IMG/VR virus record: IMGVR_UViG_3300024329_000007
Location: 1 to 64,000 of that record
From: a virus
DNA: 64,000 nt
Reading direction: 5' to 3' (one strand)
Shown: piece by piece, positions 1 through 9,490 of the stretch
Numbering within the stretch: position 1 is the stretch's first letter
Layout: each line of letters begins with the position of its first letter
The notes under the pieces: model-generated
Seen by the model: the letters and a program-made list of their open reading frames with translations, nothing else
Database searches by the model: none
Told to the model about the DNA's origin: nothing
Translations under genes and position numbers: made by a program

Positions 1-436
1 TAGATAGTATAATTTCAATATCAACACCTAGATTAACTGGAATCATTTCAAATTCTGCCACAAAACCTTTAAATTCACCATTTGGTGTAATCATATTATA
101 TTGACCTAAGTTTCTTTTATTAACTAACTTAGATGGATCTATTGCAATACTAGTTAGATTAACAATACCTCTTGGTACTCTATCATAGTTACCATCTGCC
201 TTTATTGGATCCGGATCACAATTTTCACCATTTAATGTGCTAAATAAAAAATTGTCTCTCATAAAGTTTTCATCGCCAGCAATTGCATAATAAAATGGGA
301 CGTCTACTATTACCCTTTCATCCTGGTTAATCTGTCTCCAAAAACTTAGTTTTGAATTTAGATCAGCTAGAAGGCCAACAACAACATGTCTTACAACACT
401 ATCGTCTTTATTAAATTTAAGATTATAACTTGCCAT
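1..436 (-). CDS. Partial T4 gp15-like tail sheath terminator/completion protein (runs off the window; not in the ORF track)
   Basis: Manual translation from ATG at 436: MASYNLKFNKDDSVVRHVVVGLLADLN...IVDVPFYYAIAGDENF...YDRVPRGIVNLTSIAIDPSKL...IPVNLGVDIEI. The VP(F/I)xY, PR-x-x-x-x-x-x-I-x-x-DPS and PxNL pattern resembles gp15. A GATATATA motif lies just upstream. Confidence 0.6.
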   Translation of the reverse strand, partial: MASYNLKFNKDDSVVRHVVVGLLADLNSKLSFWRQINQDERVIVDVPFYYAIAGDENFMRDNFLFSTLNGENCDPDPIKADGNYDRVPRGIVNLTSIAIDPSKLVNKRNLGQYNMITPNGEFKGFVAEFEMIPVNLGVDIEIILS

Positions 437-477
437 TCTTTAGAAGTCCTTGTTTTTTATATATATCATAGAACATA

Positions 478-2148
478 TTACTCTATATTTTCAATACTGA
501 ATTTAGAGAAACCATTCTCACGATATATTTGTATTTTCTTATCAAAAATCTCATGCGGTAGTACCGTATGATTAATTACAAATGTATTTATCTTGTTTTC
601 TTTGATAACTTGATTTAATATCTTTAATATATTGTAAACGCCATCGTGATCTACTGAAGATAAGAGCTCATCTAAAAATAAAAGATTAAGTTGTGGAAAT
701 CTTAACTTTAGTATTTTAATAATTGCAATGATAATAATAAAATCTGCTTTCTTACGTTCACCAGTAGAAAGAGTAAGTGGATTAATATCTTCACCTAAGT
801 GATTAATAATACAGTCAAACTTTTCATCAAATCTAATATGGAATTGTAAATGCATCGTTGAGGCCATGGCAGCAATATTAGCATTAAGTCCTGGTAGAAT
901 AGTTTTAACTGCAAGATTCTTAACTCCATCTTCACCTAATACTTGTTCTACAATTTCCATAAAATTATAATCAGCATTTAGATTATCCTTCTCATTTGAT
1001 TTAGTAGATTCTTTATCTTCAAACTCTGTAATTAAAGTTTTTAAGTGGTCAAAGTTTTTATCATCAGGTGTATTTTTAAGTTTTAATAGTTCTGCCTTTA
1101 ATTGGCCCATATTAATCTTATGCTCTCTGATTTGTCCCTCTAATTCTAGTTTTGATTCTCTTGCATCAGTTACTTTTTCTGATAAAGCATCCATCTCAAC
1201 TTTAAATGATTTAATACTATCCATGTTAGTTTTAATATTTTCTTCAAACTCACACTTTTGATTTGTATGCCATTCTGAATCCAGTTTAGTTTCACATGTT
1301 GGACAGTGACCACTTTCATATAGAGCTAACTTTTTCTTTAAGTAATCTATTTCTCTTTTAATATCTTTAGCATCAGAATGTTTATCATTATATTGTGAAT
1401 TAAATTTATTCATCTCACCCTCATGGCTCTTTCTTTCTACATCTAACTTTTCAACAGTACTCTTTAATGATAATAAACCCTCTTTTAATTCTTCGATCTT
1501 AGATTTATTAGCTGTATTAGATTCTTCTAAGAGTGTATTTAGTTTACCGCGAACTGATTTAATAGATTCTAAAAGCTGGCTAAGTTCAGATTCATAAGTG
1601 TCAATATCCATTTTGACTTGCTTGCGCTCTTCTTTGATTTGCTTTTGCATATCATTAAGAATAGAGAACCCAAACATCCTATCAATAATTTGTCTTTTAT
1701 CACTATTGTTCATAGTTAAAAAAGATTTAAAATCATTAATTGACAGAATAATAATATTTTTAAATACATGGTATGGAATTCCAAAAACCTCTTCTTCTAA
1801 ATAGTCTTGTACCGATTTTTTACCAGCCTTATCAAATTCAATACCATTAATCATAACAGAAAACTTATTTGGCATAAGTCCTCTTTCAATATCGATTTTC
1901 ATAGTACCACATTGAATACCTATTTTTACAAGTAGATCTTTATTAATCCTATTCGGCAGGTCAGAAAGCTTTACACCTTCTACCTTTCCATATAACCCAT
2001 AAATAATTGCATTTGCAATAGTGGTTTTACCATCACCATTCTTACCTAATGTTAAAAACAACTCGGATTGATCTTGGTCAAATTCTAAACGTTGTACTTT
2101 ATTTCCGTAAGATGCAAAGTTCTTAAATTCAATATAATCTATTCTCAT
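478..2148 (-). CDS. 46: Rad50/SbcC-like recombination ATPase subunit (T4 gp46)
   Basis: Walker A GKNGDGKTT, coiled coil with CPTC zinc hook, signature LSTGE, Walker B LFLDE. Confidence 0.95.
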   Translation of the reverse strand: MRIDYIEFKNFASYGNKVQRLEFDQDQSELFLTLGKNGDGKTTIANAIIYGLYGKVEGVKLSDLPNRINKDLLVKIGIQCGTMKIDIERGLMPNKFSVMINGIEFDKAGKKSVQDYLEEEVFGIPYHVFKNIIILSINDFKSFLTMNNSDKRQIIDRMFGFSILNDMQKQIKEERKQVKMDIDTYESELSQLLESIKSVRGKLNTLLEESNTANKSKIEELKEGLLSLKSTVEKLDVERKSHEGEMNKFNSQYNDKHSDAKDIKREIDYLKKKLALYESGHCPTCETKLDSEWHTNQKCEFEENIKTNMDSIKSFKVEMDALSEKVTDARESKLELEGQIREHKINMGQLKAELLKLKNTPDDKNFDHLKTLITEFEDKESTKSNEKDNLNADYNFMEIVEQVLGEDGVKNLAVKTILPGLNANIAAMASTMHLQFHIRFDEKFDCIINHLGEDINPLTLSTGERKKADFIIIIAIIKILKLRFPQLNLLFLDELLSSVDHDGVYNILKILNQVIKENKINTFVINHTVLPHEIFDKKIQIYRENGFSKFSIENIE

Positions 2149-3260
2149 TTGTCGGTATCATAATTATATGCACATAATGTGTATAGTTGTTGTAACTTAG
2201 CCTTAACCTTTTGTTTCATTTCATCATCATCGCCAATACCATCAACATACATATTACAAAGATTAAGAATATTGTAATTCTTATACATTTCTTCTATCTC
2301 GTCTATGTCGTGAAAATCTTTATCAATATAATTATCCTCTTGGTAAATATTAGGTTCTAGCTTTCTACTAATATGTTGAATTTTATTAATAAGCTTTGAA
2401 AGAGCATTTGATGTTGCTATTTGACTAGGTACATAGAGATCTACAAAATTATTTTCTATCTGTGATTTAAACGATCCTAATGTGATATCAAATAGCTGTG
2501 TGACATTATATTTTAAAAACTTAGGTGATATATGGTTTTCAAAGAAGGTCTCTGACATGTCCTCTAAGTCGACAAGATCAAATCCCTTTGCATTATTAGA
2601 GTCTGATCTAGTTAATTGATAAGGAACTCCAACCATTAATAATTTACCACGTTCTTGTCTAAAGTGAATATGTCCACTATAAACTCTTGTATACTTATCA
2701 TAAATATTAGAGTCAGTACCATGTTCATTCTTAACCTTAGCATTAAGGTAAATACCTCTTACTTCAGAATGACAAAATACTATATCTGCTGTTGGAAAGT
2801 CTGCTAAAGTTTCAGCTTCATGTTCTGCGTCTCTTCTCCATGGCATCATCAAAATATTACGATTAGACCATTTCATTAATTTAGGCTCTTTATAGATCTG
2901 TACATTTGGGATCCACTTAAGACTATCAATAGAAGTAATCTCATTACTTTTCTTAGCCCATATATCGTGGTTACCACAGATAATATGAACTGGAAGTATT
3001 TTACCCAGCCTTTCAAAAAGATTTACAGCATAATTTAAAACCTTAATATTAATAGATTGTCTATTATCAAAAGTATCTCCTACTTGAACTAAGACATCTC
3101 CAGGTTTTACGTGCTTTTTTAATGTTGGTATAAATACTTTTTCAAAGAATTCTTTTTGAATATTAAGCCATTCTACTGAATTAGCTCTAACTCCAAAATG
3201 TAAATCTCCTAATACCCAAACCCTATTTGCACCAGCTTTAATAGTTTTAGATTCAATCAT
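2145..3260 (-). CDS. 47: Mre11/SbcD-like recombination nuclease subunit (T4 gp47)
   Basis: Metallophosphoesterase motifs GDLHFG, GDTFD, GNHD, SGHIH; adjacent to gp46. Confidence 0.95.
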   Translation of the reverse strand: MIESKTIKAGANRVWVLGDLHFGVRANSVEWLNIQKEFFEKVFIPTLKKHVKPGDVLVQVGDTFDNRQSINIKVLNYAVNLFERLGKILPVHIICGNHDIWAKKSNEITSIDSLKWIPNVQIYKEPKLMKWSNRNILMMPWRRDAEHEAETLADFPTADIVFCHSEVRGIYLNAKVKNEHGTDSNIYDKYTRVYSGHIHFRQERGKLLMVGVPYQLTRSDSNNAKGFDLVDLEDMSETFFENHISPKFLKYNVTQLFDITLGSFKSQIENNFVDLYVPSQIATSNALSKLINKIQHISRKLEPNIYQEDNYIDKDFHDIDEIEEMYKNYNILNLCNMYVDGIGDDDEMKQKVKAKLQQLYTLCAYNYDTDK

Positions 3261-3261
3261 T

Positions 3262-3702
3262 CTAAAATAATTTTTTAATATTTTTTCTATCTAATATTCC
3301 AGTACGTATATCAAGCTCTTGAATAAGATCTTCTTTATAAACATTTGATAATGAGCTATAGAACTTATCTGCTTTAATATCAAAATAAACACAAAGCTCA
3401 CTAAATAAATCTATTCTACTGTATTTAGCAACCATTTCATCTACTATAAATCCGTAAACTTCATTAATATCTGCTTTCTTTAATTTAGTACATCTGCCTA
3501 AATCATCTACTTTATTAAATTTACTAAACCTAGAGCCTTCAATTAATTCATGGATCCATCTTGCTATCATTTCAAAATGAATTCGTTCTTCTTCATGTAA
3601 GCCATCGTCTAATGATGGATCTAAGTCAAATTTTATAGTGCCATTTAATTCAAAGTCTGGAGAATCAAAATTATTATTAAATATTTTATCGTTTTTTGCC
3701 AT
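3262..3702 (-). CDS. Hypothetical protein; C-terminal half resembles late-transcription coactivator gp33
   Basis: YSRIDLFSELCVYFDI...SLSNVYKEDLIQEL...GIL..K..KKLF follows the gp33 helical pattern; weak, by-eye similarity. Confidence 0.4.
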   Translation of the reverse strand: MAKNDKIFNNNFDSPDFELNGTIKFDLDPSLDDGLHEEERIHFEMIARWIHELIEGSRFSKFNKVDDLGRCTKLKKADINEVYGFIVDEMVAKYSRIDLFSELCVYFDIKADKFYSSLSNVYKEDLIQELDIRTGILDRKNIKKLF

Positions 3703-3715
3703 GTTTTTATTTTTA

Positions 3716-5032
3716 TTATATGCTATGTAGATTTGAGTTAGTTATATCATCCGTTTCTATTAAACGCATATAATTCCAATCAATGTCTAATTTACACTTA
3801 GTTCCTTTACCTTCACCATCTCTAATCTTTAATAATTTAAGCCAATATTCTGCGTTAGCTCTCATTAAATCATCTTGAATAATACCTAACATAACATCTG
3901 CTGTATGTGAAAGACCTGCAGATTCTGCAATATCTGTCATTCCAATATCGGATGAATTATAACCATTTCTTGTGATTTGAGTTGCAGTAACAATTAACCA
4001 ATTATTACGTATGCCCATTGCTCGAAGGTCTTCAGCAATTTGCTTAATTTTCATATAAGTGTTTTCTGTATTTTGATTTCTATAATTAGCTAAAATGTTA
4101 ATATAGTCAATTACTACAGCTCCTACTTTAATTTGTCTTTCTTCTTCTATTTGACTAACATAAGCTTCAATATCTAACACAGTAGCCTGTGATGTTGGAA
4201 ACTGTTTAACAAACAATTCACCAGGTGGTGTAAATCCATCACCGACTGCTTCTAGTCTACGTTGTACATGTTCTTTATTTTTAGCCTTTTCAGCATAGTC
4301 ATTAATATTAATACTAAGTAGATTAGAACCAATACGTTTTACAAACTTATGAGCAGCCATTTCTGCAGTAATAACTACAGTATTTGTACCCATTTTTACA
4401 AAGTTAGCAGCATCATTTGCTAAGTAAATAGACTTACCAATGTTTTGTTCACCAGCATATACAATTAAATTACCACCTTTATCATAACCACCTCCAAGTA
4501 GTCTATCTAAAAAGTTATATCCGGTACTTACCTTTTCGGATTCTTTCTGATCATGTGAGTCTACCTCAAAAAAGTTAAGCCCTAGATCTGAATTAAATGT
4601 TAGATTATTTCTATCATTAATTAAACCCTTAACCTTTTGTATAACTGAGTCTGCATTTTCTGGAGTTACTTGTGTAGTTTTAATATACTCAATAGTATCA
4701 AATAGAGACGTATCGAAAGTTCTCCATTTAATCCATGATTCTGCAGTACTAGTTAACCATTCTTCGTCATACTGATCTAAGTCTACTTGGAATAACATAT
4801 CCAATATATTATCAGTGACTTTATCTTTAGCTTTATTAGAGTGGCTTACTAGTAGCTTAATTTGCTCTTGTGTTGGAGTCTCATTAAACTTAGTATAGAA
4901 TTTATTAGCCAAGTGACTAAGCACATCAATCTCTTCGGACGTATAATATCCACTTTTAATTGCTTGTAGGTATTTAGGCTTTTGTAAAGAAAGTCTAAAG
5001 AATATTTTCTCAAAATCTTGTCCGAATTGCAT
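3716..5032 (-). CDS. 41: DnaB-like replicative helicase (T4 gp41)
   Basis: Walker A AGEQNIGKS, ITAEM, VVIDY, TATQ, IAESAGL, KIRDG. Confidence 0.93.
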   Translation of the reverse strand: MQFGQDFEKIFFRLSLQKPKYLQAIKSGYYTSEEIDVLSHLANKFYTKFNETPTQEQIKLLVSHSNKAKDKVTDNILDMLFQVDLDQYDEEWLTSTAESWIKWRTFDTSLFDTIEYIKTTQVTPENADSVIQKVKGLINDRNNLTFNSDLGLNFFEVDSHDQKESEKVSTGYNFLDRLLGGGYDKGGNLIVYAGEQNIGKSIYLANDAANFVKMGTNTVVITAEMAAHKFVKRIGSNLLSININDYAEKAKNKEHVQRRLEAVGDGFTPPGELFVKQFPTSQATVLDIEAYVSQIEEERQIKVGAVVIDYINILANYRNQNTENTYMKIKQIAEDLRAMGIRNNWLIVTATQITRNGYNSSDIGMTDIAESAGLSHTADVMLGIIQDDLMRANAEYWLKLLKIRDGEGKGTKCKLDIDWNYMRLIETDDITNSNLHSI

Positions 5033-5042
5033 ATATATTATT

Positions 5043-5615
5043 TTAAGGTTCTATGCTAAATGAACCACTTTGTTTACCGGTAGGTTCCGTAGACCAAAGA
5101 TTAATTGCAATAGCCTTTCTAACACCACTAGTAACATTACTTACTCTATGATAATATTTACCAGCATCGAAAATAACTAATCTATTAGGCCTTGCATATA
5201 TTCTTTCTGGATCTTTGTCTGGGCCATGTGAATAAATTTCTAGCATTCCACCTTCAAATAAGTCTTGCTCCGGATAATAAACTGTGCCGATGTCTGGTGT
5301 TGACAATTCGCCAGTAGCTTTCATTAATTCTTCATCTTTATCAATATGTAGCTCAAGCTTATTATTAAAACCATCATCTACTGAAGACTGAATGCCAGTC
5401 CAATACTCAAAACCTTCTATTGTAAATATTTCATTTATAGGACAGTTTTCTGCCCAAATATATTCTATAAGTTCTTTTTTAACTGAGTTTGTCGGACTAT
5501 TCCACCAACCATCCCACCAGTAATATTCACCTGGATCATTAAAAAAATTAGAGTCATTTTGGATCTTATCAAGAAGTACTCTATCCTTTACAAAGTTATC
5601 TATTACTATTATCAT
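5043..5615 (-). CDS. 2OG-Fe(II) oxygenase (prolyl-4-hydroxylase-like)
   Basis: HxD (LHIDKD), GG-x-L, NRLVIFD, distal H (YHRV) and 2OG-binding R (RKAIAINLW). Confidence 0.85.
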   Translation of the reverse strand: MIIVIDNFVKDRVLLDKIQNDSNFFNDPGEYYWWDGWWNSPTNSVKKELIEYIWAENCPINEIFTIEGFEYWTGIQSSVDDGFNNKLELHIDKDEELMKATGELSTPDIGTVYYPEQDLFEGGMLEIYSHGPDKDPERIYARPNRLVIFDAGKYYHRVSNVTSGVRKAIAINLWSTEPTGKQSGSFSIEP

Positions 5616-5911
5616 TCAAATGGGTTTATTAAAATTTTATATGCTTCTTTACCTTCTTCATTATTAGTTTGTTCTAATAGACCTAAGTTTTTTAAGTCTT
5701 TTAAAGATTCTAATAAATGTGGTTGTTCTGTTTCAGGGAATCTATATGTCTTTAAAGCATGAAGTGTAAAGCTACCCTTATATCTGTCAGGGCTACGCTC
5801 ACACATTCTTACTTCATTATAGACAATATCAAATCCGGTCGGATATCCTGGAAGATCTTTTTCTATGCCGAGAATATACTTTATTGGAGTATTATCCTCA
5901 TTAATCTTCAT
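5612..5911 (-). CDS. Hypothetical protein, possibly winged-helix
   Basis: Overlaps both neighbours in the operon; LKDLKNLGLLE followed by a beta-hairpin-like C-terminus. Confidence 0.5.
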   Translation of the reverse strand: MKINEDNTPIKYILGIEKDLPGYPTGFDIVYNEVRMCERSPDRYKGSFTLHALKTYRFPETEQPHLLESLKDLKNLGLLEQTNNEEGKEAYKILINPFE

Positions 5912-7013
5912 CTGTTGCGCTCATTAATTCATCAACATTAAGCTCTGTACTTGTATTATAGTTAAATAAGTCATAAACTTTTTTATCGATTTTTTCTAGA
6001 ATTTCTTGCGTAAATACTTTTTCACTAAAGAATTCTTTATTTGATACAACTTCATCTATGTGTTTACAAATCCAGCCTCTTGCTGTTGCCTTTGGAATTT
6101 TAACACCCTTTTCAATTTTACCTCTAGTAATACCAATATCTTCCCAGTCAATATACTGTTCTAATCCAACATACTTGTTCATACCTTCGCTAAAGTGCAA
6201 GTGGAATTTAATAGGATGTGGTTTTGCAAATCTATTCTTGTTTGGTTTTGCATTTACAATAATACCAGCCTTTTCTCCACCTTCTTTAAGTTGTGCTTTA
6301 CCTAAGAATAAAACAATTGATGCTGCATATTCTGGTCCAGTTCCACCACCAGCAACTTGTCTTGAAATAAAATCTTGAGTCTGGTATGTGTGGTTAGTAA
6401 ATAAGAATGGAATTTTTAAATCAGCCAATGGCGTCATAATAATTCTAAAGATAGACTTAAGAATCTTAGAACGTGTCATATCTGATTTTTCAGATCCAGT
6501 TCTTGCATCATCAATCTCTTTTGCAGTTGCTAAGTTACCAGCAGAATCTAAGATAATCATAACCTTAGGTACTTCACCACCAGCTCTTTTTACATCTTGC
6601 ATCTTTCCAGTAATTGTAGTAACAGAAGTTCTAAACTCTTGTACAGTATTACATGGTTGGTAATTAACTTTCTTAGTATCAATGCCAAACTTTTCCATTA
6701 ATGTTTTATCAACAGCTGCCTCAGAATCATAAAAGATTACATTATAGCCCATGTCAATTGCTCTCTTAACAGAGTTTAGAATTAAATAAGTTTTTCCAGT
6801 TCCAGAAGGTCCAGCAATCGAACAAGATCTATTGTTTGGCCATCCACCAAAAAGTGAACCACTAACACATGCATTTAAGTGATAATTACCAGTGTCAATC
6901 CACTCTGTAACTTCACTAAATGTTGATTGATCCATTACAGATCCCAATGGGTTTAAATTAGCTAGCTCTGCGTTAATATCGTCAAAGCTAAATTGTTTTT
7001 TTGTTTTTGCCAT
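5901..7013 (-). CDS. uvsX: RecA-like recombinase
   Basis: DTGNYHLN, Walker A GPSGTGKT, YDSEAA, ILDS, NHTY, GGGTG. Confidence 0.95.
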   Translation of the reverse strand: MAKTKKQFSFDDINAELANLNPLGSVMDQSTFSEVTEWIDTGNYHLNACVSGSLFGGWPNNRSCSIAGPSGTGKTYLILNSVKRAIDMGYNVIFYDSEAAVDKTLMEKFGIDTKKVNYQPCNTVQEFRTSVTTITGKMQDVKRAGGEVPKVMIILDSAGNLATAKEIDDARTGSEKSDMTRSKILKSIFRIIMTPLADLKIPFLFTNHTYQTQDFISRQVAGGGTGPEYAASIVLFLGKAQLKEGGEKAGIIVNAKPNKNRFAKPHPIKFHLHFSEGMNKYVGLEQYIDWEDIGITRGKIEKGVKIPKATARGWICKHIDEVVSNKEFFSEKVFTQEILEKIDKKVYDLFNYNTSTELNVDELMSATDED

Positions 7014-7025
7014 AATATTGTATGA

Positions 7026-7199
7026 TTATTTTTCAAAAAGTTTCTCTTCTTCAGTTCGTAAGACTTCTAGTTCTGCTAAAAGCTTATTAGCCTCTTCTTT
7101 TAATTCGGCCATATTATTTTCTATAACAGACAATTTCACATAAAGAGTTTTATATTTCTCTATATGTGCTGCCTGTTCTGGTGTCATATTAATATCCAT
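7026..7199 (-). CDS. Small coiled-coil hypothetical protein, 57 aa (not in the ORF track)
   Basis: MDINMTPEQAAHIEKYKTLYVKLSVIENNMAELKEEANKLLAELEVLRTEEEKLFEK*; fills the gap in the operon. Confidence 0.65.
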   Translation of the reverse strand: MDINMTPEQAAHIEKYKTLYVKLSVIENNMAELKEEANKLLAELEVLRTEEEKLFEK

Positions 7200-7202
7200 A
7201 TC

Positions 7203-7358
7203 TTATTCTGGAAATTCTATTTTTAATTGATTAGGATCCGGCTGATTAGCCTCTTCTATTTTCCATATCAAACTTCTAACTTGCTCCCCAAATTCCATAT
7301 TATTAGGAAGTTCTTTATGAAGAGATTTAATTGTTTCGTAAAATGTTGGTGTTGTCAT
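7203..7358 (-). CDS. Small hypothetical protein, 51 aa (not in the ORF track)
   Basis: MTTPTFYETIKSLHKELPNNMEFGEQVRSLIWKIEEANQPDPNQLKIEFPE*; tightly packed between polymerase subunit B and the 57-aa ORF. Confidence 0.65.
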   Translation of the reverse strand: MTTPTFYETIKSLHKELPNNMEFGEQVRSLIWKIEEANQPDPNQLKIEFPE

Positions 7359-7373
7359 AATTATTTTTATATT

Positions 7374-8582
7374 TTAAAATAATGCCGAAGCATAGATTAA
7401 GTTTGTATCTAGTGTTTGTAAGCCACATGCTACAAGAACTCTATTAAGAGGATCTATCATTGACTTTTCAAATTGAGTATCATAGTCAACTTGTGGTGCA
7501 AACTCATAAGGGTGGTCTCCAGGCATATAAGCGTAAACCTCACTAATTGGACTTTTACAATTATAGATTTTAAGCTTTTCACCATTACCGATTACTTTAT
7601 ACTTTGTCTTATATTTTGCATTAGTATTTAATAAGTAATTATAGTAACCTGCTGCTTTTACATTTGCTGGACATTTTAGACCTACTTGTAATTCAATCTG
7701 ATCATCTACAATATACTTTTCAATATTATTAGTTCTACGATTAAAACTAATATCGTCTATATTAGCCATTTGAAACTCCTTCTTAGTCTCTTTCATAAAA
7801 TTAACTAGAGTTTGCAAATCTTCAGCAGTCGGAGTACTTCCACGCTTAAAAATAATCTTTAATGCTTCAACAAGCTTTTCTCTAACAAATTTAGGAGTTG
7901 AAGATTGGATTGTATCAAAGCCGATAGTCTTAACTTTCTTAAGAGGCTTGTGTCTATCGGTCACTTCTAATTTATCATCCCATGCAAGATTCTGAATATA
8001 CTTTTTCTTTGCTAACCAGATTCCATTATAAGCTAATGATTCTAACTCAAACATTAAGTAATTGTCAGTATTTCTAGCGTCTGCATATTTTTCCATGCAC
8101 TTAGTAATATAATCTTTAAGCCTAAATGCATAAAGCTCTAATATAAAAACATCAATTGCAACTTTTTTATCTTCATCCGGCCATACAATAGATTCATATA
8201 GATCTTGAAATTGAATATAACAAGAATCTGTATCAATGTAAATTACTGCAGGCTTTTCAATCTTACCTTTAACTTTAAATCCAAAATGCTCATGTACTTT
8301 TGTATCTTTATGCCAGAACTCATTTACATATTTGTTTAATATGTCTTCTGAATAAAGAATAGCATTTTTACTCTGTTTAGTAATAGACTCTGCAATATTA
8401 ATATCAAAAAAGTGAAACCATTTATTTCCAAATGCACCGTAAATAGAGTTAAGTGTTAATTTAACAGCCTGTTCGTATGCGGTATACTTAGCCGAAAGCT
8501 GCTCATAATGTTTTATGAGCAGCTCAGCTTCAGTTTGTGAAATTTGATCTATTGGTTTATTTTCTAATTCTTTGATATCCAT
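7374..8582 (-). CDS. 43B: Family B DNA polymerase, C-terminal subunit (gp43B: fingers/palm/thumb)
   Basis: Motif B KLTLNSIYG, motif C YIDTDS, KKKY, TIQSSTP. Confidence 0.93.
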   Translation of the reverse strand: MDIKELENKPIDQISQTEAELLIKHYEQLSAKYTAYEQAVKLTLNSIYGAFGNKWFHFFDINIAESITKQSKNAILYSEDILNKYVNEFWHKDTKVHEHFGFKVKGKIEKPAVIYIDTDSCYIQFQDLYESIVWPDEDKKVAIDVFILELYAFRLKDYITKCMEKYADARNTDNYLMFELESLAYNGIWLAKKKYIQNLAWDDKLEVTDRHKPLKKVKTIGFDTIQSSTPKFVREKLVEALKIIFKRGSTPTAEDLQTLVNFMKETKKEFQMANIDDISFNRRTNNIEKYIVDDQIELQVGLKCPANVKAAGYYNYLLNTNAKYKTKYKVIGNGEKLKIYNCKSPISEVYAYMPGDHPYEFAPQVDYDTQFEKSMIDPLNRVLVACGLQTLDTNLIYASALF

Positions 8583-8585
8583 TAA

Positions 8586-9329
8586 TTACGCAGTTTGGCA
8601 AGTTGATATTGTTAATAATGTATCTGAGTTGTTTGATTGGAATACAACTTTAGAATCAGAAACATATACCGTTTGCTCTTCACGATCTAATAGATTTAAG
8701 TATTTTTTGTAAACTGTTACTTTACCAGTTCCATTTGCTGCAGGATTAACTACAACTTTAAATGATTTACCATCTACATTTACACCAGCAACATCTGATT
8801 TAATATTAAAAGTTTCTTCTTTATCTAGAGAGAATAAGTTCTTTACTTTTCCTAACATGTGAGTATCTAGTGCAAAATCAAATTTACCATTATCTCTAGC
8901 AAATATTGCTTCAACTTGTGTTTCAGTAAGATCTTTAAATCCTAATGTCGGCTCTGAACAAGATAATGTAATTTCTAGTTCGTCATTAAAGATGCGGAAT
9001 GTAGATGCTACTAGATCTTCATCGTTCTCAATAAATTCAATTTCGCCTTTAATAGCATCATGGTCAAAGTGCTTAATAGCATCAATAACTTTGTTTCCTT
9101 CAAAGAATGCGATTTTCATTTCTTTATCTGTATCAGGCCATTCGCTGATTTGGAAGATTTCAGAAACGTCTACGCTGTGACTTTTAACAGCATCTCGTTG
9201 TGGTAAATAAACTACAGATTTTACTCTGCCCTCGGCTACTTTCATATAAATGAAAGAGTCAATTAGCTTGACGCGGTTTATAAACTCTGTCAAAGCGTGT
9301 TGGTCAATACGATCAATTTTTAACTTCAT
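8586..9329 (-). CDS. 45: Sliding clamp (T4 gp45/PCNA-like)
   Basis: 247-aa alpha/beta protein of clamp size immediately upstream of the polymerase subunit, with a beta-rich C-terminus; assignment mainly from context. Confidence 0.65.
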   Translation of the reverse strand: MKLKIDRIDQHALTEFINRVKLIDSFIYMKVAEGRVKSVVYLPQRDAVKSHSVDVSEIFQISEWPDTDKEMKIAFFEGNKVIDAIKHFDHDAIKGEIEFIENDEDLVASTFRIFNDELEITLSCSEPTLGFKDLTETQVEAIFARDNGKFDFALDTHMLGKVKNLFSLDKEETFNIKSDVAGVNVDGKSFKVVVNPAANGTGKVTVYKKYLNLLDREEQTVYVSDSKVVFQSNNSDTLLTISTCQTA

Positions 9330-9355
9330 GTTTTTTGTTTTTTTAAATATAGTTA

Positions 9356-9382
9356 TTATATGTTGAAAACTAGATTAGTTTC
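9356..9382 (-). promoter_or_regulatory. GAAAC-N17-TATAA promoter (middle-type) upstream of clamp and gp43B
   Basis: TGAAACTAATCTAGTTTTCAACATATAAT; the same motif recurs upstream of five other replication/early genes. Confidence 0.6.
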
Positions 9383-9397
9383 AGTAAGATTTGTATG

Positions 9398-9483
9398 AAA
9401 AAAGCGAAGCCAGGAAGTAGCGAACCCCTGGCTTCTATCCGAGAACTATCCCGGTCCTAAAATCCGATCGTATTTCAGATCGG
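9398..9483 (-). ncRNA. Three-hairpin structured element after nrdA, ending in an intrinsic terminator-like hairpin
   Basis: Stems CCGAUC/GAUCGG (9464-9483), CCGGGA-UAGU-UCUCGG (9439-9454) and GAAGCCAGG/CCUGGCUUC (9406-9435), followed by GC and U6; GC-rich island in AT-rich DNA. Confidence 0.55.
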
Positions 9484-9490
9484 CGTTTTT

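Noticed and set aside
9406-9454. tRNA suggested by the GGTTCG loop
   Set aside because: No cloverleaf, acceptor stem or anticodon arm can be built
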